From positions 1-64,000 of the IMG/VR virus record IMGVR_UViG_3300013372_001471: DNA of 64,000 nucleotides; one strand, given 5' to 3'. A model generated the notes under the pieces. The model had not been told where the DNA came from, did not search any database, and worked only from the letters and a program-made list of their open reading frames with translations. A program made the translations under genes and the position numbers. Each line of letters opens with the position of its first letter. The first letter of the stretch is position 1. Shown piece by piece: positions 30,695 through 40,380 of this stretch. Source of the stretch: a virus.

Positions 30695-31921
30695 TTATAC
30701 CTTCTTAAACATCCATATTGGTTCACAAAACTTTTTATCTTTATTTTCTTCAGCGAACTGAACACTATCATTGAGAAAGTGTCCGTCTCTTGTAGCAGTT
30801 CCTGCACCAGCAGAATTAGGTCTCTTTGACATTTCCATTCCAATACAACCCAAGTATTCCATTCCACTCTCTACCAGAAAATCATTCATTGGATTTGTTA
30901 TCTCCAACCATTGTCTACCGGTAGACCATGCAGAATTTGTGTAAACATCTGCAATGTTTATCGCCATTACACCACCAACTCTCAATGATGGTATAATGTT
31001 CCCAAGCGTCTTATGTAGAAAATCTTTATTCCACATATCAATTCCTTTATATCGAACCCAACTTTGTGTATCGGATTGAGAATACTTCTCAACATTAAAA
31101 TATGGTGGTGATGTAAATACCAAATCAAAATGTTCTGGATATTGTGAGAAATCAAAATCTTCTGCGGGTGATTTGTAGAAATTTGTTTTCTTCTTACCTT
31201 CAAAGAAACCTAAATTCTTTTCATAGAACTGGACTTGTTCATCATATATCGGATGATTTTCTACTCTTGGATCCAATCCAACATAATGTTCGGTGCAAGA
31301 TGCTGCGTAAAATCCAGCAAGTCTATCACCCCATCCCATAGAAAAGTCTAATACATTTTTTGCACCTAACATTTCATACATACACTTTGCAACATTCGGT
31401 TTGAATTGAGAACAAATGTATTTACGCAATCCTAACATTGTTCTTAATTCTGATTTACCAAGTGTTTCCATTTTAAGAGAATACATAGAACCCATAAGTG
31501 ACTTCATAAACTTATGGTTTTGCCATGTTCTAGCAGGACCTGGTGATACAGATGCATCAACTTCCCAACGGTTCTTTTGTTGGAAATAGTTTGATGCATC
31601 GTTACCAGTATTAAGACGACTGAAATATAACTGTTTTCCACCATAATTCAAAGCATATTTTGGTTCGGATGCTTTTCTTGGAAACCACTCACCTTCTTTT
31701 AGGATTTCATTCCAACGAATACCTTTCAATTTTAGAAACTCACTTTGAGCGCTTTCAATTGTAATATCCGCATAAGGTAGTGAATATGTCATTGCTATTT
31801 CAGCCAGACGGTCTTTGACATATTCTTTATCAAAGTTTTCTTTTATGTATGTTATTTGTTCGGCAGTTATTGATAAATACGGATCCATTCCGTAAAATTG
31901 TTGGAAATAATCTTCTTCCAC
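30695..31921 (-). CDS. DNA amino-methyltransferase-like protein C
   Basis: DFSMGWGDR, FTSPPYF. Confidence 0.8.
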   Translation of the reverse strand: MEEDYFQQFYGMDPYLSITAEQITYIKENFDKEYVKDRLAEIAMTYSLPYADITIESAQSEFLKLKGIRWNEILKEGEWFPRKASEPKYALNYGGKQLYFSRLNTGNDASNYFQQKNRWEVDASVSPGPARTWQNHKFMKSLMGSMYSLKMETLGKSELRTMLGLRKYICSQFKPNVAKCMYEMLGAKNVLDFSMGWGDRLAGFYAASCTEHYVGLDPRVENHPIYDEQVQFYEKNLGFFEGKKKTNFYKSPAEDFDFSQYPEHFDLVFTSPPYFNVEKYSQSDTQSWVRYKGIDMWNKDFLHKTLGNIIPSLRVGGVMAINIADVYTNSAWSTGRQWLEITNPMNDFLVESGMEYLGCIGMEMSKRPNSAGAGTATRDGHFLNDSVQFAEENKDKKFCEPIWMFKKV

Positions 31922-31934
31922 AAAACACCATTTG

Positions 31935-32231
31935 TTAATCTATTGAATAAAAACTTCCTATGCGGTCACGAAGGTCATACACTATTTGGTATTTTCCATT
32001 AAATTCCTCTTGTGTATAAACAACAGGTTTACCGTGTTCAACTACTATGTATGAATTTGGGAAACATTTTTGTCCGTCACCGAATGTTATTACATATTTG
32101 TTTTCAAAGTTTTCATTTCTTCCAATAATACATTGCCATTTTTCAGATGCAACTTTTGCAGATTCTTCACTACCGTTAAAATGATAAGCGGTGAATTTAC
32201 TTTTTCTGGGTTCAACCATAACAAAATCCAT
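31935..32231 (-). CDS. Small phage protein
   Basis: A..F.G...YIV...F...Y pattern. Confidence 0.55.
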   Translation of the reverse strand: MDFVMVEPRKSKFTAYHFNGSEESAKVASEKWQCIIGRNENFENKYVITFGDGQKCFPNSYIVVEHGKPVVYTQEEFNGKYQIVYDLRDRIGSFYSID

Positions 32232-32236
32232 AACAA

Positions 32237-32521
32237 TTACTTCCTCATAATTTTTGTTTTAACTTCTTGCATAAATTCTGTATCATCATCACGTATTATT
32301 GGATCAATGTATCTTTTACCATCTTTTGCCATAGTCCAATCGTCAGAAATTTCTTCTTCCTTTGGCATCATTATTTCTTCCAACAATTCTAAATCACCAT
32401 GAGTAGAAGTAATATGATCACGAATTTGTTTTCTATTCTTACGGTGTGCGTGAACTTTATCATACTTTTCAGAAGTCCCTGCATTGCCTATTATAGGATT
32501 TTTTCTATATGAGCGGCTCAT
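32237..32521 (-). CDS. Basic hypothetical protein (MSRS.RK.P family)
   Basis: MSRSYRKNPI...SEK.DK..A.R..R, W.M.KDGK. Confidence 0.6.
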   Translation of the reverse strand: MSRSYRKNPIIGNAGTSEKYDKVHAHRKNRKQIRDHITSTHGDLELLEEIMMPKEEEISDDWTMAKDGKRYIDPIIRDDDTEFMQEVKTKIMRK

Positions 32522-32542
32522 AATAATACCTTTAATAAAAAA

Positions 32543-33190
32543 TTAAATGTCAATATCTTTCCAATCTCCACTTGCAATAGTCTTTGTTGCCCACTTACCC
32601 ATTATATTTGCATTTTTGTAGTAGTTATCTTCAACAACCGTTTCGAGTAATGTGTTTTCAAACATAAAAGGTCTACCACTAACCTTTGTCATAAATTCTC
32701 CACCTTGTCCCATCTTTCTATCTTTGAATTTCACCTCTTTACCAAAACCTGGAAATCCATTTGGACAATCATTTGTTCCAATCAATACAGAACCATCGCC
32801 ATCTTTTGGTATGTATAATATAGAATCTTGTTGGTATTTTCCACCAAGATTTATTAAATCTTCTCGAAGTTTGCCTTTATCATTCAAATCAACAACAAAG
32901 TAAACATTTTCTTTTACCTCTTTAGCATCAGCCGTTCCAAAGTTTTCAATATATGCACCTTGAACATCAGTCACGCCATAGCCCATCATTTGAAGATTTG
33001 CATACAATTGTCTGTTTCTTTTTTGATTATCAGCTTTTGAATACTCTTTATCTTCTGGACCGGCACAACCTTCTTTGGAACGAAACGCAGTTATTGTTCC
33101 ACAATCATGTTCTTCCATATGTTTTGCCAAACGAGCAAGTCCACTTTCGTTCAATTGTTTATCTGGTAATAAATGTTTTAACTTTGCCAT
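32543..33190 (-). CDS. DUF3293-like protein with KLK.LL...LNE leader
   Basis: ITAFR, N..RN..L, G.Y.E, KY.QDSIL. Confidence 0.6.
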   Translation of the reverse strand: MAKLKHLLPDKQLNESGLARLAKHMEEHDCGTITAFRSKEGCAGPEDKEYSKADNQKRNRQLYANLQMMGYGVTDVQGAYIENFGTADAKEVKENVYFVVDLNDKGKLREDLINLGGKYQQDSILYIPKDGDGSVLIGTNDCPNGFPGFGKEVKFKDRKMGQGGEFMTKVSGRPFMFENTLLETVVEDNYYKNANIMGKWATKTIASGDWKDIDI

Positions 33191-33234
33191 TGTTTCTCTC
33201 TGTTATGTAAAATGTTTTACAATAAATATCAAAA

Positions 33235-33732
33235 TTATTTCTTATCTGTTGAACCAAAACCGCCATCGCCTCTATTACTATCAGACAACTCTTGCACTTC
33301 TTCCAAATGAACTTTTGGATATGGAATGATTATCAATTGAGCAACTTTGTCACCAACAACTGGAATAATACCATCGGGTATTATACCGGGATAAGGCAAT
33401 TCAAATCTCACAAGAATTTCACCACGATAATTTGAATCAATAACACCAACTGAATTTTTTAGTGATACTCCTTGTGGTGCCTTTGTTATTGAACTTCTTG
33501 GAAAAAGTAATCCAACATGACCATTTGGAATTTCTACTGCGATGCCTGTTCCGTATTCCATGAAAGTTTCGGTTACTCTAAACGATGTTGCAACCAAGTC
33601 CATCCCAGCATCACCGGCTTGAGCATATCGTGGTGTTACTGCTTCGGGAACTAATTTACGAAATTTTACGGTTAGATCCAAATCATTTTTATATTCTACC
33701 GTAACATTAGGATGCGATATATGCCAACCCAT
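33235..33732 (-). CDS. dut: Trimeric dUTPase
   Basis: AGMDL, PRSS, GVIDSNYRGE, RGDGGFGST. Confidence 0.95.
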   Translation of the reverse strand: MGWHISHPNVTVEYKNDLDLTVKFRKLVPEAVTPRYAQAGDAGMDLVATSFRVTETFMEYGTGIAVEIPNGHVGLLFPRSSITKAPQGVSLKNSVGVIDSNYRGEILVRFELPYPGIIPDGIIPVVGDKVAQLIIIPYPKVHLEEVQELSDSNRGDGGFGSTDKK

Positions 33733-33733
33733 T

Positions 33734-34483
33734 TTAACCTCCTACATTCCAAAATAATGCATCTTCCGATGCGTGTTCTTTAATAAATGACCAAACTTTT
33801 GAGTCATAGTAATCCGAAGAAGGAAACGGTGGTTTCTCTAACGGTTTACATTTTTGTTCAAATTTATACTTCGATATGAATAATTCTGCCCTACCCCGCT
33901 CTCTGTCTGTTGTATTATGGCCAACCCTAACTCCATACACTTTAGCATCTGGCCATGCCTTCTGTAATCCTCTTGAAAGAACTCCGGAACTTATGCAAGA
34001 CCAAACTTCTTTTGGTTTGATTGGCAATTGGCTAGCAATTCTAGCAGCTTCATCAATGATAACGGGATGGTCAAGACCAAAAGGTAGTAATTGTGCACCG
34101 GGTGTTTCTACTGCATATTTTTTAGCAACATGCTGAATATGGGTTAGGAATCCCATAGGAACTTCTATAATGTTTGCACCAATAGATAGTGCCTCTACGG
34201 TTAGTGGTAAATGTTTTCCCTTTGGAATAACTACGGTTGCCTTCAATCCTAAATCTTTACAAGCATAAGCAAGTGCAACTTGAGCATAGCCAACTCTTGG
34301 AGAAGCATATACCCATTCACTCACATGGGACTGTGATTGAAGATACCGATAAAGGAAACGTCTTTTTGTTCCACCAGGAAGTAAATCATCACGGACTACC
34401 CAAATGTTTTCGTGTTTTTCGATAACAATTTCGGGTAAAGTTACGGTGACATCTTTCGTTGGATATTGAAAGAAGTCTGACAT
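33734..34483 (-). CDS. Fold-type II PLP-dependent enzyme of the kind found in phage DNA-modification loci
   Basis: VRDDL..GGTK.R, SP..GYA, SSG, YD.K.W, LFWNVG. Confidence 0.75.
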   Translation of the reverse strand: MSDFFQYPTKDVTVTLPEIVIEKHENIWVVRDDLLPGGTKRRFLYRYLQSQSHVSEWVYASPRVGYAQVALAYACKDLGLKATVVIPKGKHLPLTVEALSIGANIIEVPMGFLTHIQHVAKKYAVETPGAQLLPFGLDHPVIIDEAARIASQLPIKPKEVWSCISSGVLSRGLQKAWPDAKVYGVRVGHNTTDRERGRAELFISKYKFEQKCKPLEKPPFPSSDYYDSKVWSFIKEHASEDALFWNVGG

Positions 34484-34491
34484 ATTTCACC

Positions 34492-34755
34492 TTATAGATT
34501 GTTAATAAGTTCTTTGAAATATGATTTTGGTTTTAATCCAATAACTCTTTGGACTTCTGTTCCATTCTTTTCAAATATAACAGTTGGTAAACTTCTAATA
34601 CCGAGTTTTGATGCGGCATCTGGATTTTGATCAACATCAATTATTTGATAACCAATACCTTCGGTTTCATTTACTAAATCTCGCATAATAGGGGAAAGTT
34701 GTTTGCATGGATTACACCATGTTGCTGTGAAGTGTTTTATTGTAATCATGTTCAT
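34492..34755 (-). CDS. Thioredoxin
   Basis: WCNPC, IRSLPT. Confidence 0.9.
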   Translation of the reverse strand: MNMITIKHFTATWCNPCKQLSPIMRDLVNETEGIGYQIIDVDQNPDAASKLGIRSLPTVIFEKNGTEVQRVIGLKPKSYFKELINNL

Positions 34756-34756
34756 A

Positions 34757-35224
34757 TTACCACGGTGAATTAAAATTTATTATAGTGTTTTCAACATTAC
34801 CATTACTACCATTTTTTAATTGGTCATCTTCTTTCCAAGAATCAAGCTCTCTATATTGATCAAAAATAGTTTCGTCTGTGAATCTTTTGGCAATAACTTT
34901 ACCCTTATATTTTATCACATCCTCTTCGACTTCAATATCACTCTTTTTTTCAAATTCATCATCACCAACCAATTTTGTTTCAATTCTAATTGGTTCTTTC
35001 ATAGACCTTTCAATATCAGAATATATGCCAGTCAAGTCTGTTGTGAATACATTTGCTTCTTCTTCTGGATTTAGGATTAAATTATGCTGAGTTGCAATAA
35101 CTTGATATACTGTATCATTGACCTGTATAAGATAACCTATGTATGTATTTTCAAAATCGTATTCATCCATATAGTTAAATGTTTCTATGATTCTACCCCT
35201 ATCAAATACTTCCATATTTGTCAT
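34757..35224 (-). CDS. Hypothetical protein
   Basis: GGAG RBS; first gene after the host-type promoter. Confidence 0.6.
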   Translation of the reverse strand: MTNMEVFDRGRIIETFNYMDEYDFENTYIGYLIQVNDTVYQVIATQHNLILNPEEEANVFTTDLTGIYSDIERSMKEPIRIETKLVGDDEFEKKSDIEVEEDVIKYKGKVIAKRFTDETIFDQYRELDSWKEDDQLKNGSNGNVENTIINFNSPW

Positions 35225-35255
35225 AATAAAAACTCCAAAACATTAAACAATTAAC

Positions 35256-35287
35256 CAAATATAAGAAAAATTCGTGTAACTAGCAAA
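35256..35287 (-). promoter_or_regulatory. Host-type promoter TTTG-N20-TATATTTG
   Basis: Full match to the Bacteroidota consensus. Confidence 0.65.
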
Positions 35288-35294
35288 TCTTTTT

Positions 35295-37511
35295 TTACAG
35301 ACCCAATCTTATTTTTATATCGATGGTGTCATCCTTTGTTTTTTTAATTGGCTTACTTAATTTTGCAATAGCAACCAACTCTCTTGAACTATTGTATAAA
35401 CCAACAGTTGTTATGTAAATAACAGGATTATCTATGAAACAGGCGTGTTTTATTCTACCATATTCTTTTAGGTAAGTTGGGTTATTGGAATAGTTACATT
35501 CTACTGGAGCAATTCTAACGGAATAATTACGGATGTTTCTTTGTCTAGAATTTCTGAATTTGGTGGGCATACCCAATGCGGTAGAGCCACTTAACGATGT
35601 GAATAATTTATATGAGTTGTCACCATTTATATTACTACCGGTCACAGTATTAAAATTCAATTCATTATTCAATAACTCACCACTTAAAACAACTACACCC
35701 AGATTAGGATAAACCTTACCATAAGTTTTGAAGTTGTTGTTACTGGTTGATGTTCCTACTCCGTTTGAGTATATTCCGTTGGAAAGTGAACCACTAACAA
35801 TATCAAATGAATACATAGAACTCTTATCACTGCAAGATTCTATTTCTGTTAAGTCACCTGAATTATCTATCAATGATAATACCTTATTCGATGAACTAAC
35901 TGCAACATTACTTCCCGTATAGAAATTGTTAGCATAAGATGTTCCATTTAATTCCGATAGATTTATTTGGAAATTTCCAGCATCTATTCTATCTTTTATA
36001 CTATCTCTGGTGAATGTCATAACATAAACCATAGATGATGTATATTCTGTTGCATTATTGTAGTAAACAAATTCATCGGAAAAACTATCTAATGTCTTCA
36101 ATTTGTATTGACTGTAAATAGATTTTGATGGGGAATCGTTATCTTCAAACTCTTCAAAATTTGATCCAGAACCTTGACTATGACCAAATGAAACTGAAAA
36201 ATAAGATTTGCTAACATCACATATTGCACAATCAGTGACATCATAGTAGTATGGTTTTGATGCCGCTGTTTGTATTGAACTTGTGGAAAGACAACTCATG
36301 GATTCTTGTCCGTCAAACAAACCATCTATTTCATTTTTAACTACCTCACGAATATCTCTACGGGCAAATCTTTGCCACACTCTTGTAGATGCATCACCGA
36401 AGTCACACGGATCAGCAGTTATTATTCTTCTATATGTTGGTAATAATAAATCTTCATCAATTTCACCCGCAATAATATCAACTAACTCTGGCGGAGTTTG
36501 TCTTCCTGCGAGATATTCAGCATATGCCTTTTCTGTAAATTTATCGGGACATATAATATAGATTTCTTCACTAACGGTTACTGTGCAATCACAATCGGGT
36601 GTTAAAAATCTATTGACTGTTGGTGGAGTTATTATATTTAATTCAACGCATTCACAATCTAGCAAATCAGAAAATCTAGTTTGTTCTCTATATTCTTTTA
36701 CCTGTGTTGTAACAGTTTCAAGACTACTTGAAACAAAGAATGTATCGGGTGAAAGATTGAAGTCCACCAAACTAACATTACTGATGTCTCTTATTTTTCC
36801 TTGTTGATATATCAATGTTCCCGGCTTAAAAACATTTACATAGGGATCGGCAACTTCGTTAAAGTCTCCTGGTCCAGAAAATATACCAGGTGAACAAAAC
36901 TTTCTGTAAAAAGTAACAACATAGCTATAAACATTGTATATTGCCTCAAAACCTTGATAACAAGGTCTGTATGGGACTCTAACTTTTTTGTCAGATACGG
37001 AAACAAACTCACCATTTATTATGAAATCATCTGGTTCAATATCCACTCTTGTGCTACTTTCCTGACCAAGATCGCTTTTCCAATTAACAGTTATGGACAG
37101 ATTCAAATATGGTCTTGATCCCTTAATCCAAACTTCACCATTTGATCTAATATAATAGTGATCGTTTTCTCTGAATCCACCCTTTGATTTATCTTCAATT
37201 TTTATAGATTGAACATTTGGAAATGTTATATTTGGAGCAGTTAATTTTTTTAATGTTTTATCATAAGTGACTGGCAACCGATATTTCCATTTACCAGTTT
37301 TTGGTAAATCCAATGGTGTATCATCAAAATATAATTTATTTCCTGCAAACTCTTTCCATTCAACCATAGTGCACGGATCCGGTAATTTGAAAACTCCAGG
37401 TAAATCCGTTGCTTCTGTTGTGTCTAAGCTATCCCAATCTGCAGATCTATTTACTACTTCTTCTAAAATTTTTTCATTAGACCATACATCGTTAATCTTA
37501 AATTTGCTCAT
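35295..37511 (-). CDS. Probable virion structural protein
   Basis: C-terminal YITTVGLYN..ELVAIAKLSKP motif, Ser/Gly-rich beta segments; downstream of ATATTTAT. Confidence 0.55.
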   Translation of the reverse strand: MSKFKINDVWSNEKILEEVVNRSADWDSLDTTEATDLPGVFKLPDPCTMVEWKEFAGNKLYFDDTPLDLPKTGKWKYRLPVTYDKTLKKLTAPNITFPNVQSIKIEDKSKGGFRENDHYYIRSNGEVWIKGSRPYLNLSITVNWKSDLGQESSTRVDIEPDDFIINGEFVSVSDKKVRVPYRPCYQGFEAIYNVYSYVVTFYRKFCSPGIFSGPGDFNEVADPYVNVFKPGTLIYQQGKIRDISNVSLVDFNLSPDTFFVSSSLETVTTQVKEYREQTRFSDLLDCECVELNIITPPTVNRFLTPDCDCTVTVSEEIYIICPDKFTEKAYAEYLAGRQTPPELVDIIAGEIDEDLLLPTYRRIITADPCDFGDASTRVWQRFARRDIREVVKNEIDGLFDGQESMSCLSTSSIQTAASKPYYYDVTDCAICDVSKSYFSVSFGHSQGSGSNFEEFEDNDSPSKSIYSQYKLKTLDSFSDEFVYYNNATEYTSSMVYVMTFTRDSIKDRIDAGNFQINLSELNGTSYANNFYTGSNVAVSSSNKVLSLIDNSGDLTEIESCSDKSSMYSFDIVSGSLSNGIYSNGVGTSTSNNNFKTYGKVYPNLGVVVLSGELLNNELNFNTVTGSNINGDNSYKLFTSLSGSTALGMPTKFRNSRQRNIRNYSVRIAPVECNYSNNPTYLKEYGRIKHACFIDNPVIYITTVGLYNSSRELVAIAKLSKPIKKTKDDTIDIKIRLGL

Positions 37512-37542
37512 GTTAATTTATATCCACATAACAATAATGAAA

Positions 37543-37866
37543 TTACATAGAACTGATTACTGCACCATATTCTTTTGCATCAAATTTTTCTTTTACCATA
37601 TCCATCAAACCCTTTTCCACTTCTTTTTTATATTGTTCAATAAAATATGGTGTTCCTTCTTCTGCCTTTTCTATTTCTTTAATTGCTTCCAATTTAGTAA
37701 CACATTTCTTCTCACCAACCAATTTAGCAAGTTCAATAAGTGCCTGTGTATCATCTCCCTTTTCTTCAACTGCCTTTTCAATTTTCTTGATAGCAGTTTT
37801 TACTTTTTGTCCAAGTCCTTCATCGTCTTCTTTCAATAAGAGACTTTTTAATTTCAAAGATTTCAT
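37543..37866 (-). CDS. Hypothetical protein with KLKSLLLKE leader
   Basis: ORF with GGAG RBS. Confidence 0.6.
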   Translation of the reverse strand: MKSLKLKSLLLKEDDEGLGQKVKTAIKKIEKAVEEKGDDTQALIELAKLVGEKKCVTKLEAIKEIEKAEEGTPYFIEQYKKEVEKGLMDMVKEKFDAKEYGAVISSM

Positions 37867-37881
37867 TACAAACTCCGATGG

Positions 37882-38085
37882 TTATTTACGAGATAATAAA
37901 AAATAAAGTCCAAAAAATAACAGCGCTACTGAATAGAATATAATATCGGTAACGATGTAACTCCCGGTAAGTTTTGTTACTAAAGCAAAGGCCGCATCGA
38001 ATCCAAGAGGATTGAAAAATGTCCCAAGAACTAAACATACTTTTGCCAACACATCTTTTAATTGTTTTGAGTTTCGTTTTGACAT
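37882..38085 (-). CDS. Small two-TM membrane protein
   Basis: Two hydrophobic helices around FFNPLGFD. Confidence 0.6.
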   Translation of the reverse strand: MSKRNSKQLKDVLAKVCLVLGTFFNPLGFDAAFALVTKLTGSYIVTDIIFYSVALLFFGLYFLLSRK

Positions 38086-38146
38086 TATGCCATCCCATGT
38101 AGTTGCCTTTGTGTGAAAAATACTTCTGTAACTATAAATATGGAAT

Positions 38147-38177
38147 AAATAAAAAAGGGTGATGTTTCCATCACCCT
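38147..38177 (-). terminator. Intrinsic terminator after hsp20
   Basis: AGGGTGATG-GAAA-CATCACCCT followed by a T run. Confidence 0.85.
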
Positions 38178-38194
38178 AAACTTAACATCTAATC

Positions 38195-38590
38195 TTATTT
38201 TACTTTGATTGTTATTTCTTCTGGTTCCGTTGGTTTTTCATACGGAACTGAAATATGAAGAATACCATTCTCAACACTAGCAGTAATTCCTTTCAAATCA
38301 TATTTGATTTTACCGTTTGGTAATTCAAATCTCAATTCAATTGTTTTTTCACCGAAGATGTTTGTAACCTTTCTGTGACCTTTTACATTAAGGATATTAT
38401 TTTTTACCGTAATGTTAATATCCTCTTTTGCACAACCAGGAACTTCCGCATAAATGTTACGAACTCCATCTACGTCTTTAACTAATGTTTGAGTATTAAA
38501 ACGAGGCAAATCAAAATGTGTCTTTGACAACTGATTTACAACGTCATCCCATAAATTGTCTCTACGAAGAATAGAATTTAGCGTTACCAT
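38195..38590 (-). CDS. Small heat shock protein (Hsp20)
   Basis: EVPG..KEDI.I, A..ENGIL.I..P; GGAGG RBS before ATG 38590. Confidence 0.9.
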   Translation of the reverse strand: MVTLNSILRRDNLWDDVVNQLSKTHFDLPRFNTQTLVKDVDGVRNIYAEVPGCAKEDINITVKNNILNVKGHRKVTNIFGEKTIELRFELPNGKIKYDLKGITASVENGILHISVPYEKPTEPEEITIKVK

Positions 38591-38620
38591 AATAACCTCC
38601 AAATAATTAAAATAAAAAAG

Positions 38621-38806
38621 TTAATTAGATGATTTAGCTGCTTTTGCTTCAGCAACAGATGCTTGATTATACGGTGTAATCAACTTCTTGATTGCACTTG
38701 CTGCTTTACGAGCAATAGCCGCATCTTTCTTTTTTGTTGAATTATGTGCAACTGTAAACTCATTGAATAAGTTTGTTAGTTGGGCATAGATTTCTTGCTT
38801 TGACAT
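38621..38806 (-). CDS. Histone H1-like Hc1-type protein
   Basis: A..ARK....IKKL...Y...S pattern. Confidence 0.55.
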   Translation of the reverse strand: MSKQEIYAQLTNLFNEFTVAHNSTKKKDAAIARKAASAIKKLITPYNQASVAEAKAAKSSN

Positions 38807-38829
38807 AAAAACCTCCTGTGTGATATAAC

Positions 38830-39705
38830 CTACATTATTTCCGGTATGGGTAATTTTGCATCGGTTATACTTTGTATAAAAAACTTGCGAATTGTATCTC
38901 GCATTCCTGAAACTTTACTTTGTTTATTAAATACAACATCATATAATTTTTCAAATGTTGCTGCATCCGCAGTAGTGTATTTGTCTCCTAAAAAGAATTT
39001 TATCATTTCTTCCGGTGTTTGTGTAACAAAACTCTCACTACCTGCAATAGTTTTACCCGCTTTAACAATACTTCCACCCTTTCCTGCATAACTTTTTGTC
39101 AATCTATAAATACCCCTATCATGTCTCATAACATACTTTTCAACTTCAATAGGAACATCTTTATCTGTTTTCTTTAACACTTTGTAATCAACCGCAGTAA
39201 CAACAGCGGCCATTAAAAAGTTTCTATATGCTTGTTTATATTTTGATTCACCCTTTGAATAATCTGGTGACGAATAAACAAATTGTGTCCAATTAACATT
39301 GTTGGATAACATGAAATCAACTTGCACAGGTTCTTCGGTAACTCTGCCGACTATTGGAAACGGAATAGAAACTTGTGAGAACCCACGAAGTGGCTTTGCA
39401 TCATACCCCATCTTTTCTAATTCCTTTATCAACCAATCCAATACATCACTCAATTTCAAACCATTAGCAGATGCCAATTGATCCAATGAAACACCAATGT
39501 CCAAGTCTCCTGATAATTGGTCAGCAGGTTTCTTTCCTGCACTACCGAGTATGAAACAATCTGTTCCAAAACCAATAAGACCGAGTGGTTTCAAAACGGT
39601 TGTCTCAATTTTTGAGACAGTTGCCGGTATCTCATTTTGTTTAATCCCCACGGCATCGGGAAACATATTCCCGCCCTCTGTCAATAATTTCTTTAATTTA
39701 ATCAT
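38830..39705 (-). CDS. Pol-beta superfamily nucleotidyltransferase
   Basis: LGS...SGDLD...QVDF; MIKLKKLLTE leader. Confidence 0.75.
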   Translation of the reverse strand: MIKLKKLLTEGGNMFPDAVGIKQNEIPATVSKIETTVLKPLGLIGFGTDCFILGSAGKKPADQLSGDLDIGVSLDQLASANGLKLSDVLDWLIKELEKMGYDAKPLRGFSQVSIPFPIVGRVTEEPVQVDFMLSNNVNWTQFVYSSPDYSKGESKYKQAYRNFLMAAVVTAVDYKVLKKTDKDVPIEVEKYVMRHDRGIYRLTKSYAGKGGSIVKAGKTIAGSESFVTQTPEEMIKFFLGDKYTTADAATFEKLYDVVFNKQSKVSGMRDTIRKFFIQSITDAKLPIPEIM

Positions 39706-40364
39706 ATATTATTTTCACTTTTTAATTCAGAATACCATTTTTTACTAATAAGCAATTCAACATCATTTTTATATGATTGACCTATGTGTAAAACTTCACT
39801 TTCGTATCTACTGGAGTAAATAATTTCGATAAATTTTTGATTGAAAAAAAATTCATCCGATTGTTTAGTCATAAGTATACCACCACCCATTCTAGAAGTA
39901 TTGGAAAACTTATAGGCAACTTTGAAGTCATCGCTCCAACTTTGAACTAATTTGTGTGGAGTATATTTTATAGGTTTTTTGAAATTATACCATCCAGTTA
40001 TTACCGATTCTGTCCAGTCTTCTGATTTTGTTTTTAATACGGAATCGCGTAAACTATTTGAGGATGCAAACCCACTAAGGCCTCTATACAAATATGTGCC
40101 GTTACTCGTATATGGTTTGAATATCTCTGGAAATTTTTTTGATGCTTTTTTAATTATGTTTCTATTATCATAGATAGATTCGTCTGATTGTAATTCTGCA
40201 TTTACCCATAACTTAATTTTTTTCAAAATCTCTTTTTCAAATTCCGTATCTTTCTCTCTATCCTTATTTTGTAATGCGGCAATTTTAGCACTACCACCAA
40301 AAGCAACATTACCGAACTTATCCGATATTTCGTCTTCCATCAATATATTCTTTAATTTAATCAT
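39702..40364 (-). CDS. R-S-E class ADP-ribosyltransferase-like protein
   Basis: LYRG, QSWS, ESEVL; MIKLKNILME leader. Confidence 0.6.
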   Translation of the reverse strand: MIKLKNILMEDEISDKFGNVAFGGSAKIAALQNKDREKDTEFEKEILKKIKLWVNAELQSDESIYDNRNIIKKASKKFPEIFKPYTSNGTYLYRGLSGFASSNSLRDSVLKTKSEDWTESVITGWYNFKKPIKYTPHKLVQSWSDDFKVAYKFSNTSRMGGGILMTKQSDEFFFNQKFIEIIYSSRYESEVLHIGQSYKNDVELLISKKWYSELKSENNI

Positions 40365-40380
40365 GTTATATCAAAAATAT

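Larger units (their letters stand above)
38821..40373. repeat. 9-bp inverted repeat (38821-38829 / 40365-40373) bracketing the ART-NTase pair
   Basis: TGATATAAC / GTTATATCA; arms abut the NTase stop and the ART start codon exactly. Confidence 0.45.

Noticed and set aside
30694-30867. 58-aa N-terminal extension of the polymerase
   Set aside because: Overlaps MTase C out of frame; ATG 30693 follows the MTase stop directly
37877-38094. 5-bp inverted repeat around the small membrane gene
   Set aside because: Too short to exceed chance
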